A stretch of 64,000 nt of DNA from a virus: IMG/VR virus record IMGVR_UViG_3300045971_000356, positions 102,303 through 166,302 of that record. One strand, 5' to 3'. The notes beneath the pieces were generated by a model. The model saw only the letters and a program-made list of their open reading frames with translations, made no database searches and was not told the DNA's origin. This document shows positions 1 through 8,749 of the stretch, one piece after another; position 1 is the first letter of the stretch; each line of letters begins with the position of its first letter. The position numbers and the translations under genes were made by a program.

Positions 1-95
1 GTTGACTACGCTTCTGAACAACAAGATATGGGCCGTAAGGTGCGCATTGTTGAAGTGGCTGACGCTGATGACATCCTCGACACGGACGCAGCATA
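1..95 (+). CDS. 3' end of a hypothetical protein (partial)
   Basis: Open frame VDYASEQQ...DTDAA* ends directly before the ATG at 96. Confidence 0.6.
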
Positions 96-512
96 ATGCA
101 GCACACTGAGTTCGCATTATTGCCAGACACCACGCAGAACGATCTGCTTGAGTCTGGCATGATGTTTATGAAGTCCATCACAGAAGCATACGGTGCTGAC
201 ACTGGCATGCAACTGTGGGACACAATCGCATCTACGCTTGACCCAGAGATCAAAGGTCAAATCTTTTTCCGCATGCTCACTGGCGATGGACCTAACCACA
301 TCACACTAATGTCATCGCGAGCAAGGTCACTTGGCCAGTTTGTGGCTCTTATTAGGTGTATTCGCGGAGCAACTGGACTTGGACTTAAGGAAGCAAAAGA
401 CCTTTGCGACCTCGTTGAAGCAGGGTCAAAACAAAAAATTAAAATTCTTTCTACCGCAGACAAAAACGCATTTAAGCGTGAGTTGGCGGGAATGCAGGTG
501 TCGTTTTTATGA
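96..512 (+). CDS. Protein with a ribosomal protein bL12 (L7/L12) C-terminal-like domain
   Basis: Motif IRCIRGATGLGLKEAKDLCD resembles the bL12 CTD signature IKxVRxxTGLGLKEAKDLVE. Confidence 0.75.
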   Translation: MQHTEFALLPDTTQNDLLESGMMFMKSITEAYGADTGMQLWDTIASTLDPEIKGQIFFRMLTGDGPNHITLMSSRARSLGQFVALIRCIRGATGLGLKEAKDLCDLVEAGSKQKIKILSTADKNAFKRELAGMQVSFL

Positions 513-796
513 TTTCGCTTATATTTCACTTGCACAATCCGTGGAGAAAAGAAGAGTTCTCAAATTTGTATTGCAAGTCTGGTTTGATTTCAAAACATAA
601 AGCATGGGAATTTGAAATTTACAATCATACGCCCATTGTGTTAAGTGCCCAACTTGTTCTGAATTTCAGAACAGATCATGCTGGACTGACTATTGATTTT
701 GGAATGTTTGGTTACGAGGCAAGTTTTAAAATTTATGACACTCGTCATTGGGATCGCGACTTAAACAAATGGGAAGATCATGACGCTCCCATATGA
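509..796 (+). CDS. Hypothetical protein
   Basis: ATGA overlap with the upstream gene; operon packing. Confidence 0.7.
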   Translation: MISLIFHLHNPWRKEEFSNLYCKSGLISKHKAWEFEIYNHTPIVLSAQLVLNFRTDHAGLTIDFGMFGYEASFKIYDTRHWDRDLNKWEDHDAPI

Positions 797-1019
797 ACGA
801 ACTCGTGCCGTAATTCAAACGGAAGCATTTTTGATTGAGATTGCTAACGGCACAAAATATAAACGTGTGCCACGAGATCTAAAATATATGGCGTTAAGTT
901 TACTGCGACATTATCCCGGCACATCTGACTTGAAGATGACTCACAACGGATGGGGAAGTAAGTTACATGAGTTTATGTTTGAATGTCCGTTTGGAGACCC
1001 AGATGAGCCGTTCGCATGA
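780..1019 (+). CDS. BPSL0761-family-like protein
   Basis: MTLPYERTRAVIQT...LLRHYP pattern. Confidence 0.6.
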   Translation: MTLPYERTRAVIQTEAFLIEIANGTKYKRVPRDLKYMALSLLRHYPGTSDLKMTHNGWGSKLHEFMFECPFGDPDEPFA

Positions 1020-1279
1020 ATACCAAAAAACTGATAGTCATTGAAATCACCAGCATAACGCAATACATTGACGGGGCAAGATGGTTGCGTGAAAATGTTG
1101 GCCATGGAAAAATTTGGACTGCGCCACCTGAAAATCCGTTTAAGTCACGCATGCATTGGTGGGCGAAAGGGTACCCAGACAAATACATTTTCTGGTTTAA
1201 AGACCCAAAAGTGGCAACAATGTTTCGCTTATCATTGCCAGTCCGTGATAAATCTCCACTTGACATACGGGGGCTTTAG
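1016..1279 (+). CDS. Hypothetical protein
   Basis: ATGA overlap with the upstream gene. Confidence 0.65.
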   Translation: MNTKKLIVIEITSITQYIDGARWLRENVGHGKIWTAPPENPFKSRMHWWAKGYPDKYIFWFKDPKVATMFRLSLPVRDKSPLDIRGL

Positions 1280-1288
1280 TGCTATACT
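1260..1288 (+). promoter_or_regulatory. Sigma70-type early promoter, probably giving a leaderless mRNA
   Basis: TTGACA-N17-TATACT with ATG 6 nt downstream. Confidence 0.75.
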
Positions 1289-1294
1289 GATGTT

Positions 1295-1879
1295 ATGATA
1301 AGCAACAACATCATTTTTTTAGATCTGGATGGGCCAGCGTTTCCATACGCTACGATACGCTATCATCCAGACAACGGAACACCATACCCAGGCGATTTTG
1401 AAATGGGTGAGACTGTAACATACTGGCGGATGTGTGAACGGTTTAGACACTTATGGCAGCACCTTAGTGATACTCGCAATTTTAAGGTTGTTATCTCGTC
1501 CTCGTGGCGCAAATATTACAACAAAGAGTCTTGCTTTCATGATTTGTTTACAGTGAATGGGCTACCACTTAACTTACACGAAGATTGGAAAACACTTAAT
1601 CTCAAAACAAGTGGGTATGGACCTTACTCGTCAGGCTATGATTCCAACTGCTATCGTGCAGCAGAAATCAGTGAATGGATTGTGCGGCACAAAGAGGTTA
1701 ACGACTTTTTAATCTTAGATGACACAGAGTCTGGTTTTAGTTTGTATAGTAATGGTGCTGGGTGGGACAAGGTGCACGATTACATGAAAAACAGCATCAT
1801 AATGGTTGACGTTGACACTGGGTTGTCAAGCGGCAATATTGCGAAAATTTTGTCTAATACTTCAAGGTGGATATCATGA
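1295..1879 (+). CDS. HAD-superfamily phosphatase (Swiss-army-knife RNA repair type)
   Basis: IFLDLDG, VVISSSWR and ILDD motifs. Confidence 0.8.
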   Translation: MISNNIIFLDLDGPAFPYATIRYHPDNGTPYPGDFEMGETVTYWRMCERFRHLWQHLSDTRNFKVVISSSWRKYYNKESCFHDLFTVNGLPLNLHEDWKTLNLKTSGYGPYSSGYDSNCYRAAEISEWIVRHKEVNDFLILDDTESGFSLYSNGAGWDKVHDYMKNSIIMVDVDTGLSSGNIAKILSNTSRWIS

Positions 1880-2109
1880 AAAACATTTCTGAAATGTCAA
1901 CAACTGAACTTATCAAACTGCCGTATTCAGATGTTGTTCAAAGAGTTCGCAGTGGTGAATGGGGAGTAGAACATTTCACACAATGGGCTGAAGATCGCCT
2001 TAACTACGCATTTGGCGACGGGTATGACGAAGGTTATGAGACTGGTGAAGAACAAGAAAGAACCAAAAAGCTTGAAAATAAAAGCATGTATGTTATAATG
2101 CAGGCATAA
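1876..2109 (+). CDS. Hypothetical protein
   Basis: ATGA overlap with the HAD gene; ATG at 1876 preferred. Confidence 0.6.
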   Translation: MKNISEMSTTELIKLPYSDVVQRVRSGEWGVEHFTQWAEDRLNYAFGDGYDEGYETGEEQERTKKLENKSMYVIMQA

Positions 2110-2115
2110 ATACTA

Positions 2116-2138
2116 TTGCAAGGGATAGACCCGCGCAA
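2116..2138 (+). promoter_or_regulatory. G-ATAGA-C hairpin, copy 1 (before the relic NAMPT start)
   Basis: TTGC-AA-GGG-ATAGA-CCC-GC-GCAA upstream of AAGGAG. Confidence 0.65.
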
Positions 2139-2165
2139 CATTTTATATTTTAAAGGAGCTTTAAA

Positions 2166-2279
2166 ATGTCTTGTAAACTTCATTCATTCATTCATTCATT
2201 CATTCATTCATTCATTCATTCATTCATTCATTCATTCATTCATTCATTCATTCATTCATTCATTCAATCAATCATCACC
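2166..2279 (+). pseudogene. Relic original NAMPT N-terminus interrupted by a microsatellite
   Basis: Removing the (CATT)21 tract gives MSCKLQSII, versus MSKLDSII at 3301; same hairpin and RBS upstream. Confidence 0.6.
2179..2266. repeat. (TTCA)22 microsatellite
   Basis: Perfect 88 bp tetranucleotide tract. Confidence 0.95.
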
Positions 2280-3193
2280 GCAGTCTCTAATTTAGAGATA
2301 ATGTCCTCATTGAACCGAATTCGCAATAACTTAAATCCGTTTGTTGCAGCATATTCTGCTTTTATGTTGTCTCTTATCTGGGTCAACGCCAATTGATCAA
2401 CTCCCGAAATAAGTTTCGAAAAGGATATTGGTCTAAAATGATATTCACCGTCAAACTCTATCAAGAGATTCTGATTTGGAATAAAGAAATCGTATTTAAG
2501 ACGGCCTTTTTTAGATTTGTAATATAAGTTATTAAATGTTTTTTGATATTCGAAGTGTATATTATGTTTAACCAACCAGTTTTTAACAATAACTTCTCCC
2601 TTAGACGGATTAGAATTAGAGCAAGATGGGCAACCCACTCCGTTAGACCAATGATTTACCGGAGTTACAGAAAAATCACCATGTATGCTGCAAGTCACAT
2701 TAACTTTTTTATGAGCATTTACATAAATTACATTATTGTAGGAATATTGACCATTATGAGTTTTGTTGGCCTTCTCTATAAATCTGCTATTTCCAAGTTG
2801 AGTTTTATTAGCAGCAATATCTTTACCACAAAGAGGACATCCGGATTTATTTGTAATGTGTCCAATTTTGGTCTGGGTAAATTCGCCATGTATAGGACAT
2901 ATGATTATTAATTTCTTAGCTGATATATCAACGAGAGAATAATCATATTTGTTATTATGGATTTTATGGCCGTTGTTTATAAATCTACTAAGATTTTCCT
3001 CTTTAGTAAAACCGCGGCCGCTACATTTTAGACAACCATAACCGGAAAGATGGTTGTTCGGAGTAATCAAGAAGTCGCCATGCTCATTGCATGTAACGAT
3101 TACCTTGGTTTTAGCTGTGCTATACAATACTTTTGAATAATCAAACTTATTGCCATGCACTTTTTGAAATTTTGATATGACTGCTTGACACAT
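2264..3193 (-). CDS. Putative homing endonuclease (CxxHG Zn repeats plus C-terminal PD-(D/E)xK/Vsr-like nuclease)
   Basis: Three CxxHG/CxxC repeats; YDFFIP..LLIEFDGEYH; AT-rich; antisense; upstream ATAAATA and GGAG. Confidence 0.8.
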   Translation of the reverse strand: MCQAVISKFQKVHGNKFDYSKVLYSTAKTKVIVTCNEHGDFLITPNNHLSGYGCLKCSGRGFTKEENLSRFINNGHKIHNNKYDYSLVDISAKKLIIICPIHGEFTQTKIGHITNKSGCPLCGKDIAANKTQLGNSRFIEKANKTHNGQYSYNNVIYVNAHKKVNVTCSIHGDFSVTPVNHWSNGVGCPSCSNSNPSKGEVIVKNWLVKHNIHFEYQKTFNNLYYKSKKGRLKYDFFIPNQNLLIEFDGEYHFRPISFSKLISGVDQLALTQIRDNIKAEYAATNGFKLLRIRFNEDIISKLETAVMID

Positions 3194-3213
3194 ATTTACT
3201 CCTATTGTATAAT
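3185..3213 (+). promoter_or_regulatory. Consensus sigma70 promoter overlapping the HEG start codon, facing NAMPT
   Basis: TTGACA-N17-TATAAT. Confidence 0.8.
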
Positions 3214-3256
3214 GTATTTATGTATTTACAGTAGCTATATCAATTTTTATAGAAGA

Positions 3257-3275
3257 CCATGAGATAGACTTGTGG
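3257..3275 (+). promoter_or_regulatory. G-ATAGA-C hairpin, copy 2
   Basis: CCATGAG-ATAGA-CTTGTGG, 25 nt before the NAMPT ATG. Confidence 0.65.
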
Positions 3276-3300
3276 CAATTTTTAATAAAGGAGATTTATT

Positions 3301-4743
3301 ATGAGCAAGTTAGATAGTATTATATTAAATGTTGATAGTTATAAAGTAAGCATGAGCAGGCAGTATCCACCAGGAACTGAGTATGTGTACTCTTACATCG
3401 AATCACGCGGAGGCAAATATGACCGCACAGAATTTCTCGGGGTACAAGCACTTGCCAAGTATTTGGCCGAGCCAATCACGCAAGCGCAAATCGACTACGC
3501 AGATCGAATCTGGACACTCCATGGAGAACCTTTCAACCGAGAAGGTTGGCAGTACATTCTCGATAAACATGCTGGAAGACTTCCGTTGCGTATCAGAGCC
3601 GCTAAAGAAGGACTTATCATCCCTACGAAAAATGTGCTATGTACCATCGAAAACACAGACCCAAAATGCTTCTGGCTTACAACATGGGTCGAAACTGCCG
3701 CGTTACGTGCTATCTGGTACCCAACTACTGTGGGAACCACCAGCTGGCACATCAAGCAAGAAATTCTAAACTACTTGGAGATATCAGGTGATCCCACTAC
3801 TATTGCTTTTAAGCTTCATGATTTTGGTGCTCGCGGGGTTAGCTCTTGCGAGTCTGCTAAAATTGGGGGTGCGGCGCACCTTGTCAACTTCATGGGGACG
3901 GACACTATGTCTGGCATTCTGCACGTCAGTGATACCTACGGTAGCGATGTGTGTGGATTTAGTATCCCAGCCGCAGAACACAGTACCATCACAAGTTGGG
4001 GTCGTGCAAACGAAGTAGATGCTTACCGCAACATGGTCAAGCAGTTCGGTAAGCCTGGTGCCATCCTTGCCGTGGTATCTGACTCGTATGATATTTACAA
4101 AGCCTGCGAAATGTGGGGAACGGAGTTAAAAGATGACGTTATTGCAAGTGGTGCTACTGTTGTTATTCGTCCTGACTCTGGTGACCCTACTATTGTTCTT
4201 CCGAAAATGTTCAACATTCTTGGCAGCAGATTTGGATTTGTTAAAAATTCCAAAGGCTATAAAGTACTCAATAATGTTCGTGTTATTTGGGGCGATGGCA
4301 TTGATTCTATTAGCCTATCTGAAATACTTCGGACTGTTGTTGATGTAGGCGGTTGGTCTGCTGACAACATAGCATTCGGCATGGGTGGCGGACTCTTGCA
4401 ACAATGCAACCGTGACACCCAAGAGTTTGCTATGAAGGCTTCGGCTGTTGGTATTCGTGAATGGATACATGATGCTGCTGGTCTTTTGGAAAACAAGATT
4501 GTTTGGCGTGATGTATTCAAAGATCCAGTTACTGCTTCAAACAAAGCATCTAAGAAGGGTCGTGTGCAACTGTGGACAAATGGTGCTCCTCAAGGCACTG
4601 AATACGAAACCGCTGTAAATGCTCCTACTCGCTGGACTGACAAAGGCTTTGGCTGGGAAGATGCAATGCATACATACTTTGAAAATGGCAAGGTAGTATT
4701 CACACAAACGTTTGACGAAGTTCGTGCTAACTCAATGATGTAA
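3301..4743 (+). CDS. nadV: Nicotinamide phosphoribosyltransferase
   Basis: DSYK, LHDFGARG, SIPAAEHS, VSDSYD, IRPDSGDP and FGMGG motifs. Confidence 0.95.
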   Translation: MSKLDSIILNVDSYKVSMSRQYPPGTEYVYSYIESRGGKYDRTEFLGVQALAKYLAEPITQAQIDYADRIWTLHGEPFNREGWQYILDKHAGRLPLRIRAAKEGLIIPTKNVLCTIENTDPKCFWLTTWVETAALRAIWYPTTVGTTSWHIKQEILNYLEISGDPTTIAFKLHDFGARGVSSCESAKIGGAAHLVNFMGTDTMSGILHVSDTYGSDVCGFSIPAAEHSTITSWGRANEVDAYRNMVKQFGKPGAILAVVSDSYDIYKACEMWGTELKDDVIASGATVVIRPDSGDPTIVLPKMFNILGSRFGFVKNSKGYKVLNNVRVIWGDGIDSISLSEILRTVVDVGGWSADNIAFGMGGGLLQQCNRDTQEFAMKASAVGIREWIHDAAGLLENKIVWRDVFKDPVTASNKASKKGRVQLWTNGAPQGTEYETAVNAPTRWTDKGFGWEDAMHTYFENGKVVFTQTFDEVRANSMM

Positions 4744-4754
4744 AGGAGTTAAGC

Positions 4755-5018
4755 ATGACTAAACACCGCCTGATGAAAGATGAAGATGACTTTGCTGATA
4801 GTGTCGCAGTAGACGATGCGTCTTGGCAAGAGTTCATGGCCGCAGGCGGTGTTTATCCTAAACATGTAGATCCACCCACAGTGCCTGGCTCATTAGATGA
4901 CATTGAATTCAGTGAAGCATCAAAAGCAGAAGCAGAGTTCAATGCCACAGTGTTTAAAGATGCAGCAGTAAGCGCGACAGCATTTGACGATCTCAAAGAT
5001 AACGATTTAAGGAAATAA
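4755..5018 (+). CDS. Acidic hypothetical protein
   Basis: AAGGAG RBS; operon position. Confidence 0.65.
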   Translation: MTKHRLMKDEDDFADSVAVDDASWQEFMAAGGVYPKHVDPPTVPGSLDDIEFSEASKAEAEFNATVFKDAAVSATAFDDLKDNDLRK

Positions 5019-5019
5019 C

Positions 5020-5265
5020 ATGGTATCAATGTCTGAAGAATTTGCTGCATCACGCCACAAGCCTAAGTACGAGTTTATGGCTCGTGTTGAAGGCAAGTAC
5101 AAAAACATTCCCTTCGTCGGCAGCATCGGAAACGATACTGTGATTAGCGAAGCAGAAGGTCCAATATTTACCATCCATCTTGACTTGCCAATAAAAGTAG
5201 ACGGTGCTTACATCTGTTATCTAAAGTGTAAACAATCAGAGATTAAAAATCTCAAACGTCGTTAG
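5020..5265 (+). CDS. Hypothetical protein
   Basis: RBS; operon position. Confidence 0.65.
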   Translation: MVSMSEEFAASRHKPKYEFMARVEGKYKNIPFVGSIGNDTVISEAEGPIFTIHLDLPIKVDGAYICYLKCKQSEIKNLKRR

Positions 5266-5272
5266 TAAAACC

Positions 5273-5297
5273 ATTCGCAAAGATAGACTACGCGAAT
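5273..5297 (+). promoter_or_regulatory. G-ATAGA-C hairpin, copy 3
   Basis: ATTCGC-AA-AG-ATAGA-CT-AC-GCGAAT, 22 nt before the ATG. Confidence 0.65.
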
Positions 5298-5319
5298 CTA
5301 AAATTTTAAGGATCTTAAA

Positions 5320-6336
5320 ATGAAAAAATATCACTCTCTCGTAATGATCGGGCGCTTTCAGCCCGTACATAGTGCACACGCCGCAATTATTCGCCGTGCC
5401 GCCACACTTGCCCAACAGGTAATCATTATCGTTGGTTCAGCAAAGCAACCACGCACATACAAAAATCCCTGGTCGTCACACGAACGCAGGCTAATGCTTC
5501 AAAATGTGGTTGACTCCATTCAAACCGACGCAGTGGTGCGCATCGAGGAAAACATTGACACAATTTACAACGATCAAGCATGGGCTGGTCGCATACAGCA
5601 AATCGTTAGCAAGCACACCACCGCTGATGACAAAATCGGGATCATTGGGCACAAGAAAGACGAGTCCAGTTTTTACCTTGACATGTTCCCACAGTGGGAG
5701 TTTGAGAATGTGCCACTGCTTGAGCCGCTGCATGCGTCCAATGTGCGTGACCTTTACTTCCAAGAAAATGCCAACTTAAAGTTTTTACAAGGTGTGCTGC
5801 CACAACCTGTAATGCGTATGTTGGAGGGTTGGATTGGTACACCAGAGTACACCCAGGTAGTTCGTGAACGATTGTTCGTTGAAAAGTATCGCCAACAGTA
5901 TGCCTCACTGCCATACGAGCCAACCTTTGTCACCGCTGATGCTCTTGTGGTGTGTGCTGGCCATGTGCTTGTCGTTAAACGCAAGTCAGAGCCAGGCCGT
6001 GGATTGCTCGCGTTGCCAGGCGGATACTTGAACGCAAAGACTGACAAGTCGATGAAAGACTGTATGCTGCGTGAGTTGCGTGAGGAGACTGGTATCAAAG
6101 TGCCTGCTCCTGTGTTGCGTGGCTCCATTGTGTCGTCCCGTGTGTTTGACGGATTGGAACGTTCCGCACGTGGACGCATTATAACGCATGCGTTCCGCAT
6201 TGATCTCGCTGACACGGAACTGCCGCGGGTAAAGGGCGCTGATGACGCTTTCTCTGCTAAATTTATACCAATATCTGAACTTAAACCCGATAATATGTTT
6301 GAAGATCATTGGGAGATAATAAACGAAATGTTATAA
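5320..6336 (+). CDS. nadM: Bifunctional NMN adenylyltransferase / ADP-ribose pyrophosphatase (NadM-Nudix)
   Basis: IGRFQPVHSAH (HxxH) and Nudix box ALPGG...RELREETG; ends MFEDH. Confidence 0.93.
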   Translation: MKKYHSLVMIGRFQPVHSAHAAIIRRAATLAQQVIIIVGSAKQPRTYKNPWSSHERRLMLQNVVDSIQTDAVVRIEENIDTIYNDQAWAGRIQQIVSKHTTADDKIGIIGHKKDESSFYLDMFPQWEFENVPLLEPLHASNVRDLYFQENANLKFLQGVLPQPVMRMLEGWIGTPEYTQVVRERLFVEKYRQQYASLPYEPTFVTADALVVCAGHVLVVKRKSEPGRGLLALPGGYLNAKTDKSMKDCMLRELREETGIKVPAPVLRGSIVSSRVFDGLERSARGRIITHAFRIDLADTELPRVKGADDAFSAKFIPISELKPDNMFEDHWEIINEML

Positions 6337-6368
6337 TCATTTGCTCCTTTGACTAGTGGTATAAATAC

Positions 6369-7277
6369 ATGATGAGAACTTACAGAACTACCGAAACTGC
6401 ATTAGCAGACATTGCCGCCAAACACGGTAACAAAATAACAGCATTACCCACGTTTTCGTTCACAAACGTTGACAAGAAAGAAACGTTTGTTTGCAAAGAA
6501 CACGGGGAGTTCGAATCAACTGTTTATAGATTACTTAAATCGAAAGGTTATGGGTGTAATAAATGCTCCCCGTTTGGGCCAAAGGGGTGGGAGTATATGA
6601 AGCAGAAGATTTTCAACAAGCACGGTGATAGATATGAATACTATCTAAATGATGACACATACACCGCCGGTAGTAAATTAAAAATAATATGCCGTAAGCA
6701 TGGGGTATTTTATCAAAATTACGGAGATCATGTTACTGGTACTGGGTGCCCGACGTGTAGTAAAGAAGAAAAAGAAGTTTCAGTGAATGACTTTTTACTA
6801 AATGCAATAACTCACCACGGAAATTCTTACGGATATGATTACGTATTTGAGGATTATACAAAAGCCGCGTCAAAAGTTAGAATTATTTGTCCTAAGCACG
6901 GTATTTTCTTGCAGCAAGCAAACGATCACGGACGTGGTAGTGGATGCCCAAGTTGCAGTAATGCATCACGTGGTGAAAATTTAATTCGAAATTTTTTAAT
7001 TCGAAACAAAATAGAATATACCACACAAAAAACATTTCCTGATTGTGTTCGTAATAAAGGAAAATTAAAATATGACTTTTATTTGCCTGCACATAACATA
7101 CTAATCGAGTACGATGGAAAACAACACTTTGAAACAGGATTTTTGTGTCAGGACCTCGATGACATAAAGGCCACAGATGAATTTAAAACAAAATATGCTG
7201 CTGATAACGGATTTGTTTTATTACGCCTGCGATATGACGATAATTCTTTACAAATTTTACAGACAATGCTTGCATAA
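6369..7277 (+). CDS. Putative homing endonuclease, paralog of 2264..3193
   Basis: CxxHG repeats; YDFYLP..ILIEYDGKQH; TATAAATA at 6360. Confidence 0.8.
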   Translation: MMRTYRTTETALADIAAKHGNKITALPTFSFTNVDKKETFVCKEHGEFESTVYRLLKSKGYGCNKCSPFGPKGWEYMKQKIFNKHGDRYEYYLNDDTYTAGSKLKIICRKHGVFYQNYGDHVTGTGCPTCSKEEKEVSVNDFLLNAITHHGNSYGYDYVFEDYTKAASKVRIICPKHGIFLQQANDHGRGSGCPSCSNASRGENLIRNFLIRNKIEYTTQKTFPDCVRNKGKLKYDFYLPAHNILIEYDGKQHFETGFLCQDLDDIKATDEFKTKYAADNGFVLLRLRYDDNSLQILQTMLA

Positions 7278-7334
7278 TGTTGCTTTTTTACAACAAAAAT
7301 AATTGTTGACAATCAAGCATTTTGACTGTATAAT
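7278..7334 (+). promoter_or_regulatory. TGTTG-N8-CAACA palindrome plus sigma70 promoter
   Basis: Palindrome 7278-7295; TTGACA-N17-TATAAT 7306-7334; ATG 6 nt later. Confidence 0.75.
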
Positions 7335-7340
7335 AAGCGC

Positions 7341-7625
7341 ATGATACAAAAAACTGAATACGCTGTCTTTTGGGTAGACAGCACAAACACTGGCCCAGCC
7401 CATGTCAATCGTTTTGCCGCAATGGGCGAAGCGTTGGCGCTGATGCAAATACTGCGAGACAACGGACACCGTTTCGTGACTATGGCGTCTGAAAACATTG
7501 ACAACGTGGGGCTGATGGGCGTATCATCCATAGTGGACGGTAAGTGCCCAGACGGTTCTGAATTTCAAGGCCGTACAAGCCGCTATGGTGTGGCACTTGC
7601 ACGGAGCAAAAAGGAAGTATCATGA
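7341..7625 (+). CDS. Hypothetical early protein
   Basis: Directly follows the promoter. Confidence 0.7.
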   Translation: MIQKTEYAVFWVDSTNTGPAHVNRFAAMGEALALMQILRDNGHRFVTMASENIDNVGLMGVSSIVDGKCPDGSEFQGRTSRYGVALARSKKEVS

Positions 7626-7864
7626 CTAACGACGAATTTAAGATTTACAAAGCAAAAGTAGCCCGCAAGCATGCGTCATTGACACGCATTAAAAAAGAGT
7701 TCTTGGAACTGGTCGCACAGTGTACGCATAACGAACTGCGGCACAAAAAAGAGCATGAGGTTGGAGGCTACTTAAATACTGGCACAAACACAGAGTACGA
7801 CGAGTGCATCTTGTGCGGCAAAAAGTTTAATGTGGTTGAAACCTCAACAGGCATTTACGGGTAA
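7622..7864 (+). CDS. Hypothetical protein (CxH...CxxC)
   Basis: ATGA overlap. Confidence 0.65.
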   Translation: MTNDEFKIYKAKVARKHASLTRIKKEFLELVAQCTHNELRHKKEHEVGGYLNTGTNTEYDECILCGKKFNVVETSTGIYG

Positions 7865-7869
7865 ACATC

Positions 7870-8325
7870 ATGAAAATCGTAAAGGGCAATCTGCTTGACC
7901 TCGCAGAACAAGGGCACTTTCATGTTATTGTGCAAGGCTGCAACTGCTTTAACACGATGGGGTCTGGGCTTGCCAACGAGATCCGTGAACGTTATCCAGA
8001 CGCATGGCAGGTTGATCAAGAAACTCTGTCAGGTGACTACAATAAGCTCGGTAATTTTACTGTAATGCTTGGAAAACGTTTTAACATTGTCAACGCATAT
8101 ACACAATATGACTTTAGTCGTGGCAGCGATGTTTTTGAGTATACTGCGTTCCAACTTATCCTGCAGAAACTTGCTCACCAATATCCTGCCTGCAACTTTG
8201 GTTTTCCGAAGATTGGATGCGGGCTTGCTGGCGGTAATGAAAAAATAATTATGGACATGTTGCAACAGTTCAGCGACAACTTGCTACTAACTGGCGGCAC
8301 CGTAACAGTAGTTGAATTTGCATGA
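7870..8325 (+). CDS. Macrodomain / ADP-ribose processing protein
   Basis: KGNLL, GCNCFNTMGSGLA, FPKIGCGLAGG. Confidence 0.85.
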   Translation: MKIVKGNLLDLAEQGHFHVIVQGCNCFNTMGSGLANEIRERYPDAWQVDQETLSGDYNKLGNFTVMLGKRFNIVNAYTQYDFSRGSDVFEYTAFQLILQKLAHQYPACNFGFPKIGCGLAGGNEKIIMDMLQQFSDNLLLTGGTVTVVEFA

Positions 8326-8528
8326 AATATTGGAACAAGGATAAAAAAGTTAGGGTAAAGTGGGCAACGTCTCCTTCCCCAAAAATTAGTTCTGTTCCTA
8401 ATGCAAAAAATTGGTGCAAAAACAATGCAAGCACGGGCAAATTTTACTTTCACTATACAAATACGAGATGGTGGTTTGAACACGAGCACGATGCAACATT
8501 ATTCGCACTTGCTTGGTCAAATCGTTAA
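8322..8528 (+). CDS. Hypothetical protein
   Basis: ATGA overlap. Confidence 0.6.
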   Translation: MKYWNKDKKVRVKWATSPSPKISSVPNAKNWCKNNASTGKFYFHYTNTRWWFEHEHDATLFALAWSNR

Positions 8529-8749
8529 AAACACTTGACTTTGGCACATTTTAATGCTATACTAACCGCAAGTTACAAACAAAGATAGGTTAAATGAAAT
8601 GAATACAGAATCTAAGAGTATGCTTTGGCGAGGGGCATACCGACTTGGCTATGAAGTGGGATTTGCTATCGCAGCGATTGCGACGCTTGTCAACTTTGTG
8701 ATGTTCCCTTTCCCTCGCTATTAAACAACTTTTTAAAGGATTTTATATC

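Noticed and set aside
2166-2396. 76 aa HSFI-repeat ORF as a real protein, or the tract as a CRISPR array
   Set aside because: It is a spacer-less microsatellite within a relic start, and the rest of the ORF is antisense to the HEG
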